Shown here in pieces: positions 9,426-18,284 of a stretch of DNA of 64,000 nucleotides. The first letter of the stretch is position 1. The number at the start of each line of letters is the position of its first letter. Origin of the DNA: an uncultured Oscillospiraceae bacterium (lineage in GTDB: Bacteria > Bacillota > Clostridia > UMGS1840); contig CAZHZL010000001.1 of assembly GCA_964537245.1 (NCBI GenBank), positions 4,421-68,420 on the forward strand, in the 5' to 3' direction. A model generated the notes under the pieces. It saw nothing but the letters and a program-made list of their open reading frames with translations. It searched no databases and was not told the DNA's origin. The position numbers and the translations under genes were made by a program.

Positions 9426-11196
9426 AAATATTTCCTCTAATTCAAAGAAAACTCTTACAGTCAGCGATTTTGGAGGTGTTGACCTTACAAATGCTTCGGG
9501 AAAAATATCACATTCAAGGTCTCCTGACGCTGTGAATATGATAAGAGATTCTCGCGGCAAGGTGAAAAAAAGATTTGGTTATCGTGAGGTTTATAATTTT
9601 GGTGAATGTGTATACGGAATTTTTTATTATACAAGCGGAACTGAAAAAAAGAAGGTTGTTCACGCAGGCTCCAAGCTGTATATAGAAGCTGATGAGGGCT
9701 ACAACCTCATTTATACGGGAATAAATGAAAAAATATCGCAGGGTATTCAGTTTTCAAATAAGCTTATAATAGCAGACGGAAAGAAGCTTTTGTACTATGA
9801 CGGTGAGACTGTGGGGGCAGTTGAAGATATTGCACATATTCCTACTATCGTTACAGGACGCAGAAACTCCGGAGGCGGCACTTTTTACGAAGGTGTTAAT
9901 ATGCTTAGTACAAAAAGAATTGAAAAATTTTGCGGAGACGGTATGAACTTAGGATTTCAGCTTACGGTGGAAAAATTTGATTCGATTGTATACATAAAGT
10001 GTAACCGTACAGGAACTGTATGGGAAGAGCTTAACGAATTTTATGATTATAGAGCAGATAAGAATACCGGTCAGATTGTGCTTACGGTTGCTCCGCCTGA
10101 ATCTGATGTGGATAACCTGGAAATATGCTATATAGTTAAGAACGATGAATATTTTGATATTATAAATACTTCTACTATAATGACGCTTTACGGTGCATAT
10201 GGTGCGACAGACAGAATTTTCTTGGGAGGAAACAGCGTATATCCGAACAGAGATTATTATTCCGATATAAACGACCCTACATATTTTCCCGATACAAACT
10301 ACGGTATTATAGGAAGAGATGAAAGTGCGATTGTCGGTTACAGTCTTGTTTCAGATAACCTTTGTGCACATAAGGATAACGAGCTTAACGGTGCAAATAT
10401 GATTTTAAGATATGGTACTGTCGATGAGGAAGGCTCTGCAAGCTTTAAAATAAGCGGAACCTGTATCGGAAGCGGTGCAGTGAGTCAGAACGGATTCGGG
10501 AATATTGATAATGAGCCTGCTTATATTTCAAAAGACGGTGTATGCGCTATAACACCGAGCGATATAATCGGAGAGAGATATTCTCAGCTCAGGTCATACT
10601 ATTTAAACGGTCGTCTTCTTTCGGAAACTGATTTTTCAAAGGCATATGTTGTAACGCACAATCAGTTTTTTATGGTGCTTTTGAATGATAAAATATATAT
10701 TTTAGATTCCTTGAAGGCGTCAAGTGAGGGCAATAACTCTTATTCGCACAGGCAGTATGAAGGCTATGTGTGGGAAACGATACCGGCAAATATTCTTTTT
10801 TCAGACGGGAATGTGCTGATGTTTGGCGGAAAAGAAGGGGCACTATGTGAGTTTTATAATAATGAGGAAAGTGACGAATGTTATCTTGATAATAAAAAAA
10901 CATATGAAGCATATTGGCAGTTTTCGAAATTTCTCGGTGATGATTTTTCAAAAAAGAAAACAATTATGCATATATCTGTGCTTTTTGATGATTATTCTCA
11001 AAATACAAAATTACAGTATAAAGACGGGGAATGGAAGGATGTGCTGAAAAAGAACGCCAACAGTATGTTCTTTTCAAAAAGACTGCACTTAAAAAACACA
11101 AAGGACGCGGAGATAAGAATTATAAACAGCGAAAATGAAGCGATGAAGCTTAACACAGTTAAATTAACATATATAAATAACGGTAGAATAAAGTAA
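9412..11196 (+). CDS. Phage structural protein, unknown (594 aa)
   Basis: ATG at 9412 overlaps the previous gene's end. Large beta-rich sequence with no recognised motif. Confidence 0.35.
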   Translation: MAEFKNISSNSKKTLTVSDFGGVDLTNASGKISHSRSPDAVNMIRDSRGKVKKRFGYREVYNFGECVYGIFYYTSGTEKKKVVHAGSKLYIEADEGYNLIYTGINEKISQGIQFSNKLIIADGKKLLYYDGETVGAVEDIAHIPTIVTGRRNSGGGTFYEGVNMLSTKRIEKFCGDGMNLGFQLTVEKFDSIVYIKCNRTGTVWEELNEFYDYRADKNTGQIVLTVAPPESDVDNLEICYIVKNDEYFDIINTSTIMTLYGAYGATDRIFLGGNSVYPNRDYYSDINDPTYFPDTNYGIIGRDESAIVGYSLVSDNLCAHKDNELNGANMILRYGTVDEEGSASFKISGTCIGSGAVSQNGFGNIDNEPAYISKDGVCAITPSDIIGERYSQLRSYYLNGRLLSETDFSKAYVVTHNQFFMVLLNDKIYILDSLKASSEGNNSYSHRQYEGYVWETIPANILFSDGNVLMFGGKEGALCEFYNNEESDECYLDNKKTYEAYWQFSKFLGDDFSKKKTIMHISVLFDDYSQNTKLQYKDGEWKDVLKKNANSMFFSKRLHLKNTKDAEIRIINSENEAMKLNTVKLTYINNGRIK

Positions 11197-11236
11197 GTTA
11201 CTTATTCACTATTACTTTAAACAGGAGGGATTCATT

Positions 11237-12322
11237 ATGGCAAAAAGTGTCAAGGTGAAATATTTTGATCCTTCCGGAACTCCGAGAGACGGTTATATAA
11301 TTGATAATAAAACATACAAGGATCCGGAAGGGAATGTCAGAGTAGAGCTTGGCTCCGTTGTTGAAACGGCAGACGGAAGCTACACTCTGACAAAAGACGG
11401 CGGAGTAAAAACCGATGTGCTTAAAAAAAATTATGCAAAGGCGGCTGATCAGCTTAAGCTTGCCAGGAACGAAGCAGAGCTTGCTATAAGAAATAATTAC
11501 GAATCGCGCTTGCGGGATATAGAAAAATATAAAAATGACGCGAAAGAATATTACGGTAACGCTGTTTTAAAAAACAATCAGAAAAAAGCACTGAGTGAAA
11601 AAAATCTTGCGCAGAAGATGAAGGCTCAGGGAATAAGCGGAGGACCGAGCGAAAGCACGATTCTTGCCAACAATATTTTTTATGAGGAGCAGAATAACGA
11701 GCTTAATCGTGAGCTTAATCAAACGCTTTCGGACTATGATCATCTTCTTTTGAATTTAGAGAGCGATATGGAATATGAAATTATGAAAAGTAATTCGGAA
11801 TATGATTCTGTATACGCGGAGCTTCTTACAGATTTTGCTTCGGCTGAAAGCAGTGAGCAGATGGCGGAAAGAGCGCTTAATGCGAGCAACTATCAGTTCA
11901 GAACAAACTATGACAGAGAAGTTTATGAAGATGAAAGAGATTATGAAAGAGGCGTTTTTGAAAGCGACAGACAGTATGATTTTGAATACGCAACCGATTT
12001 GAGAGACTATATGCGTGATGTTTTTGAGAGTGACAGGCAGTATAACTTTGAATATACAACTGACTTGAGAGATTATCAGCGCGGGGTTTTTGAAAGCGAC
12101 AGGGAATATAACAGAGATGTTTTGGAGAGTGACAGAAACTACAAGCTTTCTGCTTCAAAAGCAACTCAAAGCTCAAAAAGCTCCGGTAATGATGACTATC
12201 AGAAAAGACTGGCGAATGCAAAAGCACTTGCTGATTTTGGCGATTTCAGCGGCTATGCCGAGCTTTTCGGATGGACTAAAGAACAGAAAGAAAGAGCGGA
12301 AAGAGAATATTATATAAAATAA
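11237..12322 (+). CDS. Phage protein with a 22-aa acidic/aromatic tandem repeat
   Basis: RBS AGGAGGG. Contains repeats RDYxRxVFESDRQYxFEYxTDL. Confidence 0.4.
   Translation: MAKSVKVKYFDPSGTPRDGYIIDNKTYKDPEGNVRVELGSVVETADGSYTLTKDGGVKTDVLKKNYAKAADQLKLARNEAELAIRNNYESRLRDIEKYKNDAKEYYGNAVLKNNQKKALSEKNLAQKMKAQGISGGPSESTILANNIFYEEQNNELNRELNQTLSDYDHLLLNLESDMEYEIMKSNSEYDSVYAELLTDFASAESSEQMAERALNASNYQFRTNYDREVYEDERDYERGVFESDRQYDFEYATDLRDYMRDVFESDRQYNFEYTTDLRDYQRGVFESDREYNRDVLESDRNYKLSASKATQSSKSSGNDDYQKRLANAKALADFGDFSGYAELFGWTKEQKERAEREYYIK
11936..12145 (+). repeat. Coding tandem repeat, about 3 copies of 66 nt
   Basis: Units are 11936-12001, 12002-12067 and a degenerate third copy. All read directly from the sequence. 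Confidence 0.85.
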
Positions 12323-12334
12323 TTCATAAAAAAT

Positions 12335-12376
12335 AGACTGTGGTCAAAACAAATAGCCACAGTCTAAGCTTTTTAT
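12335..12376. terminator. Bidirectional terminator between the phage module and a convergent gene
   Basis: agactgtgg / ccacagtct stem, flanked by an A-run and a T-run. Confidence 0.7.
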
Positions 12377-12936
12377 ATGAGTCTATCAATATATTTCCAG
12401 CCGCCAAAAGCAGGGTCGAAATGACCTTTTTCCATAAGCTCTGCCCAAGCATCATCGCGGGGAGAATTTTTTGTGTCGAGAAGTCCTTTATATGGCGGTG
12501 CAAGCTCACACGGTGATTCTGTGTACATAAGAAGCATATCTCCGCTGTGGAATATTATTCCGTATTTATCGCCGTCACACGGAAATTCTTCCTGATACTG
12601 AAAATGGTAATATATGTAGCTTGAGATTTTTCCATGACGCACAAAATTAATTCTCAGCTCAGGGGTTTTTGGCTGTTTTCTTTCCCAGCTTTCATCGTCC
12701 TGAGGCATAGAGTAGTGGAAAATTTCAGACATATTTTCCCATGAGCTTCCGTCAGGATAAAGCTTCATATCAGCAGAAACCACATCGCTGGGGTCTACTG
12801 TTTCGTTTTTTGATTCAACATACATAAAAGCCATGTTTTCATAAGTAAATATACTTACATTATCTGCGATGCCGTTTTCTTTTAATTTGATATTTTTGTT
12901 TTCGGGATAACCCTTGAATAAAAATCTGTATACCAT
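12373..12936 (-). CDS. Hypothetical protein, possibly rhamnose-mutarotase-like (Dabb fold)
   Basis: 187 aa, intact ORF. Weak resemblance to RhaM-type sequences (RINFVRHGKISSYIYYH, WAELMEKGHF). Confidence 0.35.
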   Translation of the reverse strand: MVYRFLFKGYPENKNIKLKENGIADNVSIFTYENMAFMYVESKNETVDPSDVVSADMKLYPDGSSWENMSEIFHYSMPQDDESWERKQPKTPELRINFVRHGKISSYIYYHFQYQEEFPCDGDKYGIIFHSGDMLLMYTESPCELAPPYKGLLDTKNSPRDDAWAELMEKGHFDPAFGGWKYIDRLI

Positions 12937-12994
12937 TTTTTAAAATTTCCTTTCATTTAGTAAAAAAAGACTATTCCGAAGAACAGTCTTTTTC

Positions 12995-13070
12995 TGGTGG
13001 GAACAATAGGGCTCGAACCTATGACCCTCTGCTTGTAAGGCAGATGCTCTCCCAGCTGAGCTATGCTCCC
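12995..13070 (-). tRNA. tRNA-Val (anticodon UAC)
   Basis: Reverse complement is GGGAGCATAGCTCAGCTGGGAGAGC...CTTACAA loop...GGTTCGAGCCC...CCA. It folds into a cloverleaf. Confidence 0.9.
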
Positions 13071-13181
13071 ATATGAGCTACCTTTTTCCAAAGGACTTGT
13101 ATATATTAACATACTTTTTTTAATTTGTCAATACTTTTTTTGAATTTTTTTGTTTTTTTTGAATTTTTTTAAAATTCATAA

Positions 13182-13209
13182 TTGACTTTCGGATAAGTTG
13201 TGTTATAAT
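13182..13209 (+). promoter_or_regulatory. Sigma-A promoter for the helicase gene
   Basis: TTGACT, 16-nt spacer, TATAAT with an upstream TG. T-rich UP-like tracts lie upstream. Confidence 0.55.
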
Positions 13210-13243
13210 AGATAAAGAAAATTGATTTAACCAAGGAGAAACT

Positions 13244-14947
13244 ATGGAAACCTTACTTTTTGAAAATTTGGATATATCTTCGGAAATAAAAAAAGCGCTC
13301 TCGGATATGGATATTACAGAAGCGACTGAAATACAGCAGGAAAGTATTGAGCCAATGCTTTTATATAAGGACATACTTGCGCAGGCACCCACGGGAACAG
13401 GAAAAACCTTTGCTTTTGGAATTCCGATTGTCGAAAGAATAATCGAAGACGACGAAACTGTACAGGCGCTTATTTTATGCCCTACAAGAGAGCTTGCAAT
13501 TCAGATTACAAACGAGCTAAACAAGCTTACAAAATATAAGAAAAAAGTTAAATCTCTCGCTGTTTACGGCGGACAGAATATTGAAAGGCAAATAAGCGCA
13601 TTAAGAGATAAGCCTCAGATTATCGTGGCAACTCCTGGCAGACTTATGGACCATATGAAAAGGAAAAAAATTTTTCTTTCAAATCTGTCAACCGTTGTGC
13701 TTGATGAGGCCGATGAAATGCTTAATATGGGCTTTCGTGAGGATATTGAAACTATTTTGAAAAATGTCCCTGAAGGTGTTCAGACGGTTATGTTTTCTGC
13801 AACATTAAGCGGTGAAATACTTGAGATTGCAAAAAGCTTTCAGAAAAAAGACGCAAAAAAAATAAAGATAACTAAAAAAGAGGTCACGGTTTCAACTGTG
13901 AAGCAGTATTATTTAGAGGTGAAAAATGCTCAGAAGGCTGACTTGTTGAAGGCAATGCTTGAAATTAACAAATATGAGCTTAGTCTTGTATTCTGCAACA
14001 CAAAAAAGAGAGTTGACGAGCTTTGTGAGGAGCTTGCGGAAGGCGGTTACAAGGTTGAAGCGTTGCATGGTGATATGAAGCAGATTCAGCGTGACAGAGT
14101 AATGAGCAAATTCAGAGGAAGGTATGTCAACATACTTGTTGCAACAGATGTTGCGGCGAGGGGAATAGATGTCGACGATATTGACGCTGTTTTTAATTAC
14201 GATATACCGATGGATGACGAATATTATGTCCACAGAATAGGGCGAACAGGTCGTGCAAAAAAAGAAGGTGTATCGTACACATTTCTTTCAAACAAAGAAA
14301 TGTGGAGACTTAAGGAAATAATGAAATATACAAAAACCACAATTATTCCGATGAAAAGACCTTCTCTTGATGAGATAGAAAGAAAAAAAGCTGATGAGCT
14401 TATTGAAAAGGCAAAGATGGTTTCGGAAAACGAAGATATTTCGTACTTTGCTTCTCTGCTTGAAAGAAAAAAAGAAGAAAACGAAGCTTTCAGTGTTCAG
14501 GATATTGCAGCAGCGCTTTTGTATATGAAATTAAAGCCGCAAAAGGTTAAAAATACAGTCACAGATTCCGATGAAAAAAAGAATAAAAAGGAGAAAAAAG
14601 AAAAAAACACTAAAAAAGATAAAAAAGCTGATACGGCAAGGCTGTTTTTCAATGTGGGAAGTCTTGATAAGGTCCGCAGACGAAATATTGAAGATTTATT
14701 TAACGACCATCCTACGCTTCGCGGTATTACTGTTGAAAATATTGATGTGTATGACAAATATTCTTTTGTCGATGTGCCTTATGGTGATGCAAAAGAGGTA
14801 TGCGATAATTTATGCGGAATGAATTTTAAGGGGAGAATCCTCAGCGTTGATATTGCTCTTACAGAGAAAAAGCCGAAGGAATTTGCTGCTAAAAAAGACA
14901 ACAAACAAAAAAACGGAAAAAATAACAAAAAAAGGGGTCGGTTTTAG
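13244..14947 (+). CDS. DEAD-box ATP-dependent RNA helicase with a DbpA-type C-terminal RNA-binding domain
   Basis: AQAPTGTGKT, DEAD, SAT and HRIGRTGRA motifs. Lys-rich linker and a C-terminal RRM-like domain. Confidence 0.9.
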   Translation: METLLFENLDISSEIKKALSDMDITEATEIQQESIEPMLLYKDILAQAPTGTGKTFAFGIPIVERIIEDDETVQALILCPTRELAIQITNELNKLTKYKKKVKSLAVYGGQNIERQISALRDKPQIIVATPGRLMDHMKRKKIFLSNLSTVVLDEADEMLNMGFREDIETILKNVPEGVQTVMFSATLSGEILEIAKSFQKKDAKKIKITKKEVTVSTVKQYYLEVKNAQKADLLKAMLEINKYELSLVFCNTKKRVDELCEELAEGGYKVEALHGDMKQIQRDRVMSKFRGRYVNILVATDVAARGIDVDDIDAVFNYDIPMDDEYYVHRIGRTGRAKKEGVSYTFLSNKEMWRLKEIMKYTKTTIIPMKRPSLDEIERKKADELIEKAKMVSENEDISYFASLLERKKEENEAFSVQDIAAALLYMKLKPQKVKNTVTDSDEKKNKKEKKEKNTKKDKKADTARLFFNVGSLDKVRRRNIEDLFNDHPTLRGITVENIDVYDKYSFVDVPYGDAKEVCDNLCGMNFKGRILSVDIALTEKKPKEFAAKKDNKQKNGKNNKKRGRF

Positions 14948-14969
14948 ACCTCTTTTTTGCTTAAAACTA

Positions 14970-14998
14970 TTGATTTTTTTTATTATATGTGCTATAAT
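14970..14998 (+). promoter_or_regulatory. Putative sigma-A promoter ahead of the polysaccharide locus
   Basis: TTGATT, 17-nt spacer, TATAAT. Confidence 0.45.
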
Positions 14999-15040
14999 TA
15001 AATGAATATGTTTTTATAAAATATCAAGGTGTGAAATACA

Positions 15041-15979
15041 TTGACCTATGAACAGAATTATTTTTTTGAAAGTATACATATAAAAGCTTTCGGCAGATTA
15101 AAAGATATAAAGCTTGATAAAGCGGGAAAAATAAATCTTATCCGTTGTGATGGGAATTTTGGTAAAACCTCTTTTTTGGAGGCTGTTGGAATTATGGCGC
15201 GACCGTTGGAGGTGTGTCGTTGTTATAATCATTTTTTTGAAAAGCATGGAGACAACGCACCAAAATATTTAAAAAGACTTTTTATTCCTTCTGACAGAGT
15301 GGAGCTTTGCTGGACTGCAAAGGAACTTGAATTTTTTGACAGATTGCTCGGTATAGTGGAAGAAAACGGAGATTTTGAAGGCTACGGATATTATCAACTA
15401 AAAAATGACAAGCTTGGCATAAAAAGATTTGAGGGGAACGGGATAACGATAGAAAACGGCTGTTCTCCGTTTCCGGTTATTGCAGATTTTACAGGAGCAA
15501 GGTGCGGATTTTATGACTGTCTTTCATGGGATAAGCTGACAGAATTTAAAGAATCTGAAAATATGCTGTTAAAGGATTATGTTATTGATTTGATATGTTG
15601 TTATAACGAAGATATAACGGATATATTTTTAAAAGATAATGAGCTTTATGTAAACAGCGATGTGTACGGAGAAATTCCGGCAAGACTTCTGGGAAGCTTT
15701 TTGTACAGCTGTATAGTATTTTACAAGATTCTGGAAATGAATACTGATGAAGTTTTTCTTATTGATAATTTTGACTGTATGCTTTGTGATTCAAACACAG
15801 CGGTGTATGTTGAAATGTTTTTAGGTCTTATACACATGCTGGAAAGCTTTCAAAATACGGACAGACAGTTTTTTATTACCGTAAAAAATGAGAAAACGGT
15901 TAATGCTTTTTCAGAGATTATGAACAGAAATAAACAACAGGACAAGCTTACTGTAACTGTCCTTGATAAAATTCCTTAG
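15041..15979 (+). CDS. ABC/AAA_15-like ATPase homolog with a degenerate Walker B
   Basis: TTG start 8-10 nt after AAGGTG. N-terminus IHIKAFGRLKDIKLD..INLIRCDGNFGKTSFLEAVG (P-loop) and a later VFLIDNFDCML. Confidence 0.45.
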   Translation: MTYEQNYFFESIHIKAFGRLKDIKLDKAGKINLIRCDGNFGKTSFLEAVGIMARPLEVCRCYNHFFEKHGDNAPKYLKRLFIPSDRVELCWTAKELEFFDRLLGIVEENGDFEGYGYYQLKNDKLGIKRFEGNGITIENGCSPFPVIADFTGARCGFYDCLSWDKLTEFKESENMLLKDYVIDLICCYNEDITDIFLKDNELYVNSDVYGEIPARLLGSFLYSCIVFYKILEMNTDEVFLIDNFDCMLCDSNTAVYVEMFLGLIHMLESFQNTDRQFFITVKNEKTVNAFSEIMNRNKQQDKLTVTVLDKIP

Positions 15980-15995
15980 AATATGTGAGGGAGAA

Positions 15996-17198
15996 ATGAA
16001 GATTTTGCAGATAAATGCTGCTTTGGAGTATGGGAGTACGGGGAGAAATGCCATTGAGCTTTCCGATTATCTCAGAAAAAAGGGGCATGAGAGTATAATT
16101 GCATATAGTAACTGTATCAAGCCGATAGAAAATTCTTACAGAATAAATTCCGGCTTTGATGTGAAGCTTCATGGGCTTTTATCAAGAGTAACAGGACTTC
16201 AGGGATATTTTTCATATTTTTCGACAAAAAGACTTATAAGCTTTATGAAAAAAGAAAAGTTTGATATTGTTGTTCTGGGGAATCTTCATGGCAATTTTAT
16301 AAATCTTCCGCTTCTTTTTAAATACCTGTCAGAAAGTAAAATTGCAACCGTTATTGTTCTTCACGACTGTTTTTTATATACAGGCAGGTGTACTCATTAC
16401 ACGAAAGATAACTGCTTTTTGTGGAAAACAGGTTGCCATAACTGTCCGAGGCTGAAGACGGATAACAAAAGCTGGTTTTTTGACAGAAGCAAAAAAATGT
16501 ACAAGCTGAGAAAAAATTTCTACGAAAATGCATACAAGCTTGGAATAATCGGTGTTTCAAAGTGGATAACGAATGAAGCAAAAAAGTCGGTTATGAAAAA
16601 TGCCGATATAATAAAAATGATTTACAATTGGGTTGACCTTGATATTTTCAAGCCTAAAGAAACAAATCTGAAAAAGAAATACGCAATAGAGGATAAGTTT
16701 GTTATTCTTGGAGTTGCAAGCGGGTGGACGCAAGGTAAGGGACTTAAATATTTTTATGAGCTTGCAAAAAATATTGCAGGTGACTGTCATATTGTTCTTG
16801 TCGGTAAAAATACAAACCGTATTAATTCGGATAAGATAACATACATAGATGAAACTCATGATGTTATTGAGCTTTCGGAGATATATAATATGGCTGATAT
16901 GTTTTTAAGCTTTTCTTATGAAGAGAGCTTTGGGAAGGTAACAGCGGAAGCACTGTCCTGCGGAGTTCCCGTCGTTGTTCCCGATACTACCGCAAACCCT
17001 GAGCTTGTGGGTGAGAATTGCGGCTATGTATTCAAGAGCTTTGATACAAATGAGGTTCTATATTATATTGAAAAGATAAAACAGGATAAAAAAGAAAAAT
17101 ACAGCGCTTCTGCAAGAAAATTTGCAGAAGACAGCTTTGATAAAGATGAAAATCTGGAAGAATATTCGGATTTATTTGAACAAATTGTGAAAGGATAA
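15996..17198 (+). CDS. Glycosyltransferase family 4
   Basis: MKILQINA N-terminus after a GAGGGAG RBS. C-terminal EESFGKVTAEALSCGVPVV (E-x7-E region). Confidence 0.8.
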   Translation: MKILQINAALEYGSTGRNAIELSDYLRKKGHESIIAYSNCIKPIENSYRINSGFDVKLHGLLSRVTGLQGYFSYFSTKRLISFMKKEKFDIVVLGNLHGNFINLPLLFKYLSESKIATVIVLHDCFLYTGRCTHYTKDNCFLWKTGCHNCPRLKTDNKSWFFDRSKKMYKLRKNFYENAYKLGIIGVSKWITNEAKKSVMKNADIIKMIYNWVDLDIFKPKETNLKKKYAIEDKFVILGVASGWTQGKGLKYFYELAKNIAGDCHIVLVGKNTNRINSDKITYIDETHDVIELSEIYNMADMFLSFSYEESFGKVTAEALSCGVPVVVPDTTANPELVGENCGYVFKSFDTNEVLYYIEKIKQDKKEKYSASARKFAEDSFDKDENLEEYSDLFEQIVKG

Positions 17199-17204
17199 AT
17201 TAAA

Positions 17205-18266
17205 ATGTTTTACATAAATACGATGTTTACTTTGCTTGTAATGCGGTATTTTATGGTAGGTGCAGGTAAAAACAATCCGGAGCGGGCAGATAAAGTTTAC
17301 CTTTTTATTGCTTCCGGGATTCTGGCAGCTATTACGGGTTTAAGAGGAAAATATGTTGGTACGGATACACTTGGTTATATGAATAATTTTCTCAGGATGG
17401 ATAGTTACAGCTGGAAATATGCTTTGAGTGACCGTTCGGGCAGATTTGAATGGGGATATAAGCTGCTTACTAAGCTAATCGGTGTTATAACGGATAACGA
17501 GAATGTTTTTTTGTTTATTGTAGCTGCAATATTTGCGATATGCTTAGGAATTTATATAAATAAAAATTCTAAAAACAGATTTTTAAGTATTCTTCTTTAT
17601 TATACCGTAAGTGGATTTTCCTTTCAGCTTTCGGGTGTACGCCAGTCTCTTGCAATGGGGATTTGTCTTTTATCCTTTGAATATATAAAGCAAAGAAAGC
17701 TGTTTAAATTTTTGGTGCTTGCGTTTATTGCGTCACTTTTTCATAAATCTGCATTAGCGCTTATACCGATGTATTTTGTTGCTTATTTGAAAATAAATCT
17801 TATAAACTTTGTTTTGCTTTCTATTGCGGGTATTTTTGCTTGTATATACAGTACACCTTTGACTCATCTTGTAAATACTATTTTGGGATATGAAAAGCAA
17901 ATGATAGGTTTTGAAAGCGGAGCAATCTTTGTTGTTATAATGTATGTAATTACAATTATGGCTTCATATATATATACGAACTGGCTTGAAAAACAGGATA
18001 AGCACAATACATTTTTCTTTAATATGACTTTTGTGTCTCTTATTATATATATATTAAGATATTTCATTCAGATAGCGGAAAGAATAAGCTATTACTATCA
18101 GTTTTCTTTTATTATTTTGCTTCCGAACCTGGTTGAATCAATTGAAGATGATAAAACAAGACATTTTATAAAAACTGCAGTTGTAATTCTTGCGTGTGCT
18201 TTATATGGATACAGATGTATTAGGGGATCAAATTCAACACATCATTATTATTTTTTCTGGCAATAA
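17205..18266 (+). CDS. EpsG-family polysaccharide polymerase (membrane)
   Basis: Polytopic membrane protein with a GTDTLGY motif typical of EpsG-like polymerases. Confidence 0.65.
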   Translation: MFYINTMFTLLVMRYFMVGAGKNNPERADKVYLFIASGILAAITGLRGKYVGTDTLGYMNNFLRMDSYSWKYALSDRSGRFEWGYKLLTKLIGVITDNENVFLFIVAAIFAICLGIYINKNSKNRFLSILLYYTVSGFSFQLSGVRQSLAMGICLLSFEYIKQRKLFKFLVLAFIASLFHKSALALIPMYFVAYLKINLINFVLLSIAGIFACIYSTPLTHLVNTILGYEKQMIGFESGAIFVVIMYVITIMASYIYTNWLEKQDKHNTFFFNMTFVSLIIYILRYFIQIAERISYYYQFSFIILLPNLVESIEDDKTRHFIKTAVVILACALYGYRCIRGSNSTHHYYFFWQ

Positions 18267-18284
18267 ATGAAAGGTTGGTTTTTT

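Larger units (their letters stand above)
1890..12322 (+). mobile_element. Prophage-derived head morphogenesis and DNA packaging module; no integrase, tail or lysis genes recognisable
   Basis: Co-directional, tightly packed or overlapping genes for TerS, TerL, portal, scaffold and major capsid plus unknowns. Bounded by terminators at about 1.85 kb and 12.35 kb. Confidence 0.75.

Noticed and set aside
1890-12322. Calling the phage region a complete, inducible prophage.
   Set aside because: No integrase, repressor, replication, recognisable tail or lysis genes are present, and host genes flank it on both sides within 11 kb.
13120-13392. 90-aa minus-strand ORF spanning the helicase promoter and start.
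   Set aside because: It covers the T-rich promoter/UP region and the helicase 5' end. The composition is Ser/Ile/Lys-rich, with no RBS.
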